A DNA stretch of 56,630 nucleotides, the filler included, from Dugesia japonica (taxonomy: Eukaryota): the NCBI GenBank assembly GCA_001938525.1. It is 4 parts of 4 records of this genome, joined end to end, with 100 filler letters (N's around TTAATTAATTAA, not from the genome) between each part and the next. Parts side by side here need not be neighbours in the genome. Positions count along the whole stretch, not along the records: positions 46,453 to 56,630 come from MQRL01539559.1; 3 more parts are not named here. One strand, 5' to 3'. The notes beneath the pieces are model-generated. The model was not told the origin of the DNA, made no database searches, and saw only the letters and a program-made list of their open reading frames with translations. The position numbers and the translations under genes are program-made. Each line of letters opens with the position of its first letter. Positions within the stretch are counted from its first letter, which is position 1. Shown here one piece after another: positions 46,512 through 56,630 of the stretch.

Positions 46512-47340
46512 CATTATTATTATGTACTATAATAAAAAGATTAGAAAAAGAAAATCGGGCTTAGAAGACCCAAATTTAATGACACAAAATTGAAAATAAT
46601 AGAAGATATTGGTGGATTAATAATAAAAATAAACTACTATAATATAATAAATTATTAAAGGGGTCTCTACGACCCTATTCGATTACTATAATAACGCTAT
46701 TCAGCGTTTAATATTATTTATTATTTCTTAATTAAGAAATAATTTGGTCCAGTCATTGTTTGGTTAGGTTGAATTAAGTCCAAATTTAATAATAAAATCC
46801 GTGAATCACCCTAAACCAGACAAAGAATATCGATGGTAACTAAAATTTGTCATCAGAGTTCATACGAGGTGACTGATGACAGGAGATTATCGGTGAGTTG
46901 GTGTGCACGAAACATCTCTCCAAACCAAAAATGAAGAGGTGCAAACCAAAGGAGAGCAATGCACCAACCAATCAGAAGCGCGGATGAAGAAAAACAAGAA
47001 GATGATTGGCGAACAAATGAAGTTTTCCAAGTTTGGTGCAAACGAGGAATAAAACTCGTTTGGACCGAGAAAATCCAGAGACTTACATTTTAATTTTTCG
47101 TTGATTTAAAAGTTAAATAGGATAATTCTCGAAGTTAATTCCATTATCACTGGACAAGAAAAGCTAATTAGAAAAAAGTAAATTTTCGTTTTTATTTAGA
47201 CAGTATTACTTTTTGATATTTCATAATATATCGTATGATTCGAGTGCCCGGCTGCCAATTAAATCGTGCTCCCGCACAATGAAATTTTGACGAAATGAAT
47301 TAAATGAAACGAGAGAATATCCGGATATGAACGCACCAAA

Positions 47341-47531
47341 CCGGGGCCCCTCGAGGGAGGGGCCTAACCCCGCCCCCCTCCGATGAGTCACCCAAATTTG
47401 TGTAAATGAACGATCCAATAAACGAATGAGATCAAATAAAAGCTGAAAAAATCGTACAAGAACATCGTAATGTGGTTCGACTAAAGGAAAGAAATTGAAT
47501 TTGAGAAAACTCAAGGATCGAATTTATAAAA
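47341..47531 (+). promoter_or_regulatory. Candidate Pol II promoter: GC hairpin, GC box, AP-1 site, CCAAT, TATA
   Basis: GGCCCCTC-GAGG-GAGGGGCC stem (47345-47364), CCCCGCCCCC (47368-47377), TGAGTCA (47384-47390), CCAAT (~47414) and TATAAAA (47525-47531), in an otherwise very AT-rich background. Confidence 0.4.
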
Positions 47532-48209
47532 GCGGTATTCATCAATTAATTTCACTATAGGGTGAAATGGAGAGTTATAAGAGAAAGAGAATGAATTGGT
47601 AATAGTGGAGATAGTTTTGGAGAAAAGGTACACTGAATGAGATTGGAATGCGAATGCTGGGAGCTCGATTTAAAAATATGAATTGCATACTGAATTGTAT
47701 AGCTGATTTTGTGTTATGCATTGTTTTATTATTTTATCAATTAAGCCTACAATGTAAATGAACCTTTATTAAAATGTTCTGAAATAATACAGTTATATTT
47801 AATGAACCTTTATTAAACTGATATGAAATAATATAAATTGATATTAAATGAACTTTTATTAAAACGTTAGGCAATAATATTGTTCTATATCTCTAAAGGT
47901 GGCATTGTCCTGCATGAAGTAATTAATATGTGCAATTTAACAGTGATGAAGCAATGAAAATTAAATTTTTAAACTTTTGTTTTGATTCGACCAACGATAG
48001 GGAAATTCGTGCTAGAGCTTCGCACTAGTGGGGACCCGAAAATATGGCTGCTATGGTGGACATCTTCTTTGGTTCGTACTACAGGAATGGGGAATCAGAA
48101 CTGATGGGCCACAGACCGAAGGAACGTTTCGTTAAATAAATTCTGAGTTATTTTGATTGAATTACATTTAATATGAATATTAAAAATCAATAATTTATAT
48201 TTTTAACAG

Positions 48210-49303
48210 AGTTATGACCGAGTATTTCGAGCCGCATACCCCATTGGTACTGACCAATGATGGTGACGAAGGGACCTTTTGGATCCCATGGAAGAACACT
48301 GTGAAATACTCGACAAACATAAAAAACTTTACGAGACGGATAAACAGTCAGTGAAGGCAGGACAGCGAGAACTATTGAAACAGAATCTGGAATTGAAGCG
48401 CCAGTTAGAAACGGCCCGTATCAAAAATGAAAAACTCAAACTCCAGTTGTCACAATGGCGATTAGAATTTCAAGCGACAGCTCAGGATGTTGCCGTGGCC
48501 ACACGACAGCTGATGGAACATCGACGTGCTGTGGAAAAATGGAAGAGATAGTGTTACGGCAGTTGTTGGACGACACTAAGGTCGCGACAGAGGTTCGAGA
48601 CCCAGTGATAGTCAAGGTAGAGTCGATAAGTCAATAAATGTTGATCGTCAAGGTAGAGTCGATAAGTCAATAAATGTATTAATGTGTTCAAGATTCGGAT
48701 TGTTTATTAAATTACTAATCGTGATATGTATGTCACATTGTGGTTTGAATTTCTTTTTGTGTCTGCAGAGGCCGTCATAGGTTTAAGCGAGATTAGCTAA
48801 TCATTATTTTTTTGTTCTTTTTGTAAAAGTGCAATTAAGGAGTGAATTTTAATTACGTTAGTTTTCGTACTATCTTATGTCTTGTGATGGAACTTTCAAT
48901 TGTAATGGTTGTTTCCTTTTATTGGTTTTATTCACCTATCTTAATTGAAACTAGTGTTATTTAATTGCCTCTAAAATTTAGTGAACAAATCAAGCGAGGA
49001 GATGATGCCAAAAAGAGAGGTGGTACTATTACAAAAGAAGTGGAACTACGATCGGGGTGAGCGGTGCAATGAGATTTTAGGTTTGAAAGGCCAGTTAATC
49101 AAAGACTCATCCAAGTTCGCGCAATTAAAAGAGAAAGAGTTGGCTCTCCAACAAGCCAATCGGCTCATGGCCGATGTCATCATGATCTATGCGGATCGCG
49201 AGGCCAAAATGTTCTTCACTCTGCGAACATTGTAGTTACATTATCGATCGCCAGAAGAGTCCACAGATACCGCGAATCAGGCCGTAGATCTAGATGCTTG
49301 CTG
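48210..49303 (+). pseudogene. GC-richer coiled-coil exon-like ORFs of unknown identity (decayed)
   Basis: ORFs 48279-48551 and 48981-49235 are heptad-rich, each preceded by an AG acceptor and followed by AATAAA. They show stops or frameshifts at their ends. Confidence 0.4.
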
Positions 49304-50689
49304 ACCATTGACGAAAATGCTGATACGTAAATAAATGTTCATTGGTGTTCAACGAGTTGTTCTAAATTACAATTGTGGTAGATGTTGCAAAATCTTAGGT
49401 GATATTCCAAGTAAATCTTCACTGAGCATATCGAGAATTATTGCTGTCAGGATCATACATTCAGTGAGTAAGACGCGATACCGCAAAGTCGCGCTGAACC
49501 CGTGGAAAGAAGGAGGTGACATAAATACTTGTGGTTTTTAGGTATGCCCCTAGACATGTAAATGAAATAGTAATTATTAAAAGTGAGATCAGTGAATTTG
49601 AAGCTAAAATTTTAAAACATCAAATCCTAAAAACCAAACACTATTATTAACCTTGTTTTTAAAACTTTTTATATTTTTATCAAAGGTATTGTAAATTAAT
49701 AAACTATTCAAGACAGCATTTACCACAAGTGTCCCGACACATTTTTTGGTAACTCTCTTTGGGCCTACAAATTCTTCTAGCATATAAAATTGTTAAAAAA
49801 ATAAACAAAACTAACCAAAATAACTAAGGTTATTTTCTAAATAGGTATATAATATAAGTGGTGTATAGTATAATATAATTATCCTTTCCGTAACAAAACA
49901 TAAGAAAAATTTAAAAAAAAGAAAAAATTCATTATTTATTTATTTATTTTAATAAATTAATTATTTATTTTATTTCTTCTTAATTAATTTATTAATTAGA
50001 TTCTCATCTTCCATTCTAAGCTAAATTTTAAAATAATTTTAGCTTTCTTCCTCGTACATAATTCATTTGATTTATTTTTCATTGCTAATTATTAATTTAA
50101 TTTAGCCTATTTTATTCCTACTTAGAAATTATTGGCCATATTCAATACTTGCAAGTTCTTTGTATTCTTGAACTGTTGTTCTCTTCCTTCATTATATGTT
50201 TTCTGTTCATTTTCTTGTTGTTTCGTCAGATAATTTGACTGTGTCTCTGTATCTTTCTTTAATAGTAGTTGTTCGCTGCTGTTTAATTGTTAATGTAGAT
50301 AACTTTTCAATTTCATCTTTGTTGTCATTATTCTATTATTGGAGTTACCTTTTTTATTTCTGGGCTTACTGATCAATTTTCTCTTTACTGTCTTTTTTAA
50401 GGTGTTCTAGCCCAACACAGGCAAAGAATCTTACAATTCAAAAAAACATCTAGCATAGAATTTACAATTTTGTAAGCATCTTTGGTTAATAAATTTTTTT
50501 AGTTAGAAACACGGAAAGTTGTGCTACTAAATACATAATTTATTTATAAAAAAGTACACAAAATATAAAGTATTTGCATAGAAAAAAACTACATAAACAA
50601 ATAACAATATTTAAATAATTAAATGCAAAAACTTCTTCAGTCAAACGTTTTTATTTGTTAGCAAAAGTATAATAATTAAATATATTTCG

Positions 50690-50734
50690 CGGACCACTAA
50701 AGTTTGTCTACGAACCAGCGGTTGAGAAACACTG
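50690..50734. mobile_element. Solo hAT (Charlie-like) terminal inverted repeat
   Basis: GGTTGAGAAACACTG at 50720-50734, the same TIR type as 4653. No partner end or TSD was found. Confidence 0.55.
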
Positions 50735-51720
50735 CTGTAAACAGCTTTAATGTGCCATGATTGTAGAAGTGTTGCAGAGCACTGTAGCAGATTATTGTTG
50801 TCTTCTATTTCTCCAATATGTATATATACATCTGGACATAATTCGTCGTCGGTGTTCAAATAGTAGGGTTCGAACTCCTTTTTGTATCCAATTTCTTCCT
50901 TCTTTTGATCTTTTAGTGTTGTGTTTAATAGTATGTCTTAATTTAATATCCTCCTCGTCTCCACTGGTTGTATCTGAATAAGTCTCTTTTTCGAGCTTGA
51001 TGATTTGATAATTATCTTCTATTTAGGTTTCCTCATCGTTGGTTTCATCTACACTGCTTTTGATAACTGTCCTAATTTTATCATCATTTTCTTTTTTTCT
51101 ACAGTATTTTCGTTATTGTTGCCAAATTCAATTTCCAATTCATCGTCTACATCATGAGTGGGTATAATAATTATTCATCTTGGCAAAGTATTACATTTTA
51201 TTAAGCAAAATAATGACAGAATATTAACAATTTTGAGTAGCACTACTTAATTTTCAGAGAAATTCATTTAAAATTTTGAAAATGTAATTGATCGTTATGT
51301 GAAGGTGGGAACTTGTAAACCAAAATTTGTTCTAAAAATTATTATAATATTCTTAATATCTGTATATCAAAACCGTAAAAATTTTTTTAATGGACAGGTT
51401 ACAAAATTATTTACTCAAATTTAATTTGTAAATTTTTGGATGATATTAATGCTTATAAATATTATTTGAAAACTTCAAAAATAAATCAAATTTTCTCTTT
51501 CTAACTATTGTAAAAGACCGACCGACTCTTTGATTCATTATAAATAAACCATATTTTTAAGTTGAATTTTAAATGTATTATAAAACTACATTAATATTTT
51601 AAAATATTAAAATTAATTGTGTTTATTAACTTTAATTTAAATTTAAACTTTCGAATAGTCACTTTTGTTGTTTAACTGTTCTAATTTTATTCATTAATCA
51701 ATTTTACTTAATATTTTAAT

Positions 51721-54494
51721 ATGGCTGGTAATTAATCTTTTTTCTTTTCTGTTATATTGTTAATGTAAATAGATTCTCGTAAAAGGCGCAGTGCAGGTAA
51801 TACTGGAGAGTCATCTGGAAACAAAAGATTTGCATCTGGAAGTGTTCCTGGGCATAGATTTTTAATACCTTCTAAAGTGAAGAATTAATAGTGTTATTTA
51901 AATTATTATAAAATTTAGGCTGCAGGTGCAATGATAGGAAAAGGAGGCGAAGTTATTAAACGTTTACGAACACAGGTAGTAATTTAATGAATGATATACG
52001 AACATTTAACTATTCTCTTTCCATAAATTTCCTCCCTGAACATTGAAACCAACTGCAATTTTGAAAATGACATATTTAATTTACTAATACTATTCCTGCT
52101 GGCACCGATTACCATTCCACGAACTACAGCACAATTGTCGCATTATTGTTCCCGACAGCCAAGGCCCCGAACGGTAACCATTAAATGTCCATTATTTTAA
52201 CCGTTTCACGTCATGTTTTTGTTCGTTATGTCCATTATAACTACACTATAACATTTCGTAACCATAATTAAATATTTAATTTTAACTAATGCAACTCATG
52301 CAGTAGGCTCATTTCAAATAGTAGTTGTATTTTAACATTTCACATTCTAATCAAATTAATTATTTAAGCATTACTAAGAAATAAAAATGTAATGCAAAAA
52401 AGTTTGCTTTATGTGCAATGAAGCTTAAATTTAAACTACACGGAATTTCGGTATAGTAGACCACTGGCTTTAATTAAAACTTCATTTTAATAAAATTAAA
52501 TTTTCCTTTAATGTATGGAAAATTTTAGATTTTACAATGTCCATGTATGGACATGTTTATATTTTAATTGGTTAGGATAGCATAATACATTAAAAAGTGC
52601 AATATAATTTTAAAATACTTGAAAAATTATCATAAATTCTTAATTGATTATTTTTAAGGTTAATTATAGTAATGTTTTTAAGAAAAAATCTACTTTAGAA
52701 TTAAAATTTATCCGCAGAGTAACTTCTAAATTCTTCATATTGATTAATTTTTACTTCCTGTGTACACATGTTAATATCAAATGACTTATATATACTATTT
52801 AAGATTGCAGAATAAATATAAAACCTTTTGCCATTTTTAATTTTGAGAATTTATTATTAAAGAACTAAACAAATAATAGTTGAAATAAAAATTGGAATTT
52901 AATTAATTTACAAATATCTTTCTATTGGATAGATATTTTTAGTGAAATGTTTTTAATTATATAAATACCATTTTCCAATTCTAACATGGTTGAAATATAT
53001 ATATATATAATTATTAATACAAGTATTAAAATTTAAAGCTGACCAGCGCTTATTCATTTTGTTACTACTAGGGTGATTTACTATTTAGTTATTAAACAGG
53101 TTTTTGAATAAAGTTAGTTTGTATGGTTCTTTTTGTGCAAATTTTCTAATGAAAATAATACTAATTTAATTAAACATTGATGTAAAATAATTTAGTTCTC
53201 AAATTTGATGTTAAACGTTATTAAAATAAATTTTGTTAAATATTATTGTAGTGCTAAAATGGATAAATTAAAAATTTTTATTGATTGCGTGGAACCGGAA
53301 GTTAAATATAATTTTAATACATTTTAATTTTTGCTTTCTTTATGGTATTGTATAGGTTACTTGTAATTGATGCCAGCTCCAATAAAGTTTTGGATATATG
53401 GAATGATATTTTGCCGTCGCTCAAAGTAAATAAATTATTACTCTAATATTATTACTAGTATTAGGAATATATGAACGCTAAAGAATGCGACTATAGAGGA
53501 TCATCCAGTAAAGTTATCGAAGGAGAAAATGAAATCGATCTAAGGCTCGTAGTTCACGAAAGTCAAGCTGGAGCTGTTATTGGTAAAGGTGGAGAAAGAA
53601 TAAGAAATTTGATAGATGTAAGAAATTTTTGCCTCTTTTTCTTAAGTAAAATTTAGAAACACCGAATGACAATGATAAAGTTGTACCAAACATTTTGTCC
53701 AAATTCCACCGATAGGATTGTACGAATGGTATCAAGAATGGAAAACGTTTTGTCGTGTTTAGAAAATATATTTGAATTATTGGAAAACCAAACCATTAAA
53801 GGAGAAAGAAAAGATTACAATCCAGATGATTATGATGAGACAGCGGCTCCGAATTATGGTGGATTCGTGTCAAAGGATTCCCGATTTCCTCGATCAGGAA
53901 GAGGCATTGCCGATAATTCGTATGATTCTGCTGATTACATATCACGACCGAGTGTGTTCTCGCGTGTTAATTCTAACAAATTCGACGATGGCGGTTTCAA
54001 TGTGGTTCGGTCGATATTAAACCATCCCAATCCTATGGAGTTTGATATTTGTTGAATTGAAATCTCTATAAAATCGATATTTAGACGAAGCGGGGTAGCA
54101 GATCTATTTGGAGATGTAATCAGGATGAGTTCGATGAACGAAATGAATGTGATGAATATATCTAGAATCGCTGTTCCAAAAAATGTAAATCGATTGTTAA
54201 TGTCCAAATTTAATGATCCATCTGTTGTGTAGCTTGTAACCGCAATTGTCGGAAAGGAAGGACGTCGTCTCAACGATATCGAACGTGATTCTGGAGCGCA
54301 TATCGAAATAGATATCGATCGAATGAGTAGCAGAGAAACACTGTTTCTATTGCGCGGCTCACCTGACCAAATTTACAAAGCGCAGTGCCTCATGCAGTTA
54401 TGGTATAACAATCATTATTATCGATATTTCTCACGTGTAATCATTTTATTTTACATTCAGCGCTCGCAAATTTGCCGATGAAGGAGTATACTAA
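51721..54494 (+). CDS. HNRNPK: Heterogeneous nuclear ribonucleoprotein K (three KH domains), ~373 aa; exons 51721-51727, 51773-51876, 51919-51975, 52130-52173, 53356-53425, 53465-53617, 53657-54039, 54085-54184, 54233-54402, 54461-54494
   Basis: All introns are GT-AG and frame-consistent. KH1 RFLIPSKAAGAMIGKGG..VPDSQGPER; KH2 LRLVVHESQAGAVIGKGG..CPNSTDRIV; YNPDDYDETAAPNYGGF; KH3 VPKNLVTAIVGKEGRRL..GSPDQIYKAQCLMQ. Confidence 0.95.
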
Positions 54495-54576
54495 AATGTT
54501 CTGTATTTATCAGCTTTTATTATTATTATTATTATTAGTGTTTTGATTGAATCATCATTTTACTACGTTTTAATTT

Positions 54577-55156
54577 TTATAAATGCAAATCGTTTATTAT
54601 AAAAAGGCGGGTTGTAATAACTAAAATGAAAGTTAGTAGGTATGATGATGATGTTGTGCTAATAAATTGTAGTTTCTGAGAGTTGCATTTCATAAAGTCT
54701 TCATCAGGATTGAATCCGTAACACTTGTAATTCGGTCTTAATCGATATCGGGGTTCTTTTGATAGTTTACAAATATCAGGTCCAGGATCTGGAAATAATA
54801 ATAATAATATTTATTTACATGAATTCACCTCTAATGGGGTTTCGATTGAGTTTGTTGCTGTTATTAACACTGCAGTTAGTTGAGCATAATTGATCGTAAC
54901 TGATTAAAATTAGATTGGTTGATTTTATTCTTGTGACGAGTAACGAAAATGTACAATTATCACAAGTTTCAGTTACTTCTTTAGGGTTTTGTTTTACTGA
55001 AGATTCATCAAAATAATAGCGGTGATATTTTTTTATGCAACTGGTATATTTATTATCTGTTGCTGTGGCTTCTTGTGCGGAACCTTTTTTATGTTGAGAT
55101 AAATATAAAATCAATATATCTTACTCAGGTGTAGAAACATAATTTGTGCGAATAAC
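54577..55156 (-). CDS. CACNA2D: Voltage-gated calcium channel alpha2/delta subunit, 3' exons (55125-55156, 54829-55083, 54577-54788); upstream exons not resolved
   Basis: SCIKKYHRYYF..TCDNCTFSLLVTRIKSTNLILI..C..C, then DICKLSKEPRYRLRPNYKCYGFNPDEDFMKC followed by a hydrophobic tail (delta-chain C-terminus/GPI signal). ~40-nt GT-AG introns. Confidence 0.85.
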
Positions 55157-56630
55157 CTGAATTTTAAAATATAAAGTTGTAAAATTAATATTTGAAATAA
55201 ACAAATTTAAACAGTTAACGTGATTAGATAATTTTTATGCGGAGATTGGCAATTACTCATGTCAACTAGGGGTTGCCCTGATAGGAATTTACTAAATTTT
55301 GGATTTATCGTTAAATGTTACAGTTCATATCCTTGTTAATAATTGTCAAACTTATTCGAACTCAATTTTTAGGATTTTGTTGACAATGAATTCTGTATCT
55401 TAAAATCCAGCATTTGTCAGTATTTTAACACTAGAGAAACATTAAAATTAGTGTAAGTCGTATTTTAGATGAAACAGTTGTCATTTGAAATCAAATTTAA
55501 TATCTATTAATCGACGCTCATACCAAAACGTTAAGTAACATTGGACCTAGTTAGTACTTATAAAGTGAATATTGTCTCCTGAACTTGGTTGGTGTTTGGT
55601 TAGTTATGGAAAAAGGAATCCATTATCTCGTACTAGTGTTTCTGATTGTCTCAGAATTGTCTGCCTTTAAAGAGTTCATCATTAGATCGTCAAAATCATC
55701 TAATAGTTTCTGAATTCCTCCATGATATTCTGGAGAAATCCTGTCTACGATGTCTAGCAATGGAGTCTGAAAAATTGGTTTGCTTTATTTGCAGCGTATT
55801 CATACGTTTAGTTCCCTATGAAATAGGAAAAAAATAATAAGAGATAATTTATAATTAAAGTGACTAGTTACGCTAGTAAAACTGAGTGTCCAATTAAGTT
55901 TTCGAAAATTATATTTTAGTTAATATTACAAGGTTTACTGATTAAATTATAACAAGTATTCTGTATAAGGAAATTATTTAGGTATAAAATAATTCTTTGC
56001 AAACGAGGAACATAGCCACCATATTCATTAGTGCATGAAGCCTTCCGCCTCAGAGGCATTTACTCGGGATAGAGATTTAGATTTTACATTTGGATGGGTA
56101 ACTTTTTTTAGTGAATACAAATATTCGTAAGTAAATAACTTTGGTAAAATGTAGTTTCGAAGTGATTAATAAATTTGCAGATGTGGATTTTCTGAATCTA
56201 TTTTTAGTAACCCATACTTTCCAATTTTAACTCTGCTTATTGGCTCGTTTTTCTTTTTCTGTCATGTTGAACTTTTTTCATTGGTTCATACCATAATCGG
56301 GTTTAGAACACGATTTATTTTAAGTAGCCCATTCTAAAAACCATTTTTCCCTTGAATCTACAGATTTTTTCAAATAAATTTTTTTTATTTTCAATTATAT
56401 TTTAGTAGAACGTTTCTTTTTTTGCATAAGAGTATTTAATTTCTATAATGAATTATTCTTTGATTTATAAATTTCGATTTTTGTTTACCATTTTTGCTGT
56501 AAAATATACTAATTTAATATATATTCAGCACTATCTTCCGGTTTTATTTATTCGTTGCCTTATAATTTATATTTAATATCTTAGTTCAACAGTTCCTTTT
56601 CTCCCCATTAATGATCTCTCAAGTTAAGTT

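Noticed and set aside
47345-47368. Helitron 3' hairpin plus CTRR
   Set aside because: The CTAA overlaps the stem rather than lying ~10 nt downstream, and there is no other Helitron evidence.
53252-53300. Alternative mutually exclusive copy of the hnRNP K 44-nt exon (IFIDCVEPE)
   Set aside because: There is no AG acceptor at the position needed for a frame-compatible exon.
55200-56630. Further alpha2/delta exons
   Set aside because: The candidate minus-strand frames contain stops and lack recognisable alpha2/delta motifs, so I could not build a supported model.

Overview
This is very AT-rich eukaryotic (metazoan) genomic DNA with tiny ~39-58 nt spliceosomal introns. It is not one contiguous sequence. 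Three artificial 100-bp linkers (44 N + TTAATTAATTAA + 44 N, at 17555-17654, 34600-34699 and 46353-46452) split it into four segments whose true adjacency is unproven. The host genes are a TRIM2/3-like filamin+NHL gene (38740-46352, +), a complete 10-exon hnRNP K (51721-54494, +) and the 3' end of a calcium-channel alpha2/delta gene (-). Two 48-nt candidate micro-exons of an unidentified gene are also present. Most of 1-37 kb is decayed mobile DNA: mariner, Tigger nested in a hAT MITE, pogo, Penelope, Gypsy, hAT and several MITEs. The largest component is Polinton/Maverick (endogenous virus) remnants: packaging ATPase, integrase-chromodomain, minor capsid, a zinc-finger/EndoVII-bearing protein-primed PolB, a gasdermin-X-like membrane protein, and several AGTA-starting termini that share a conserved motif at positions 10-21. 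The most notable item is absent from the ORF track: a decayed but clearly recognisable TATA-binding-protein (TBP)-like gene (30329-30834, -). It sits beside a small spliced gene in a repeat-flanked cassette just inside a Polinton-type terminus, which suggests a Polinton family that carries its own TBP. All translations were done by hand and family assignments rest on motif recognition, not database searches.
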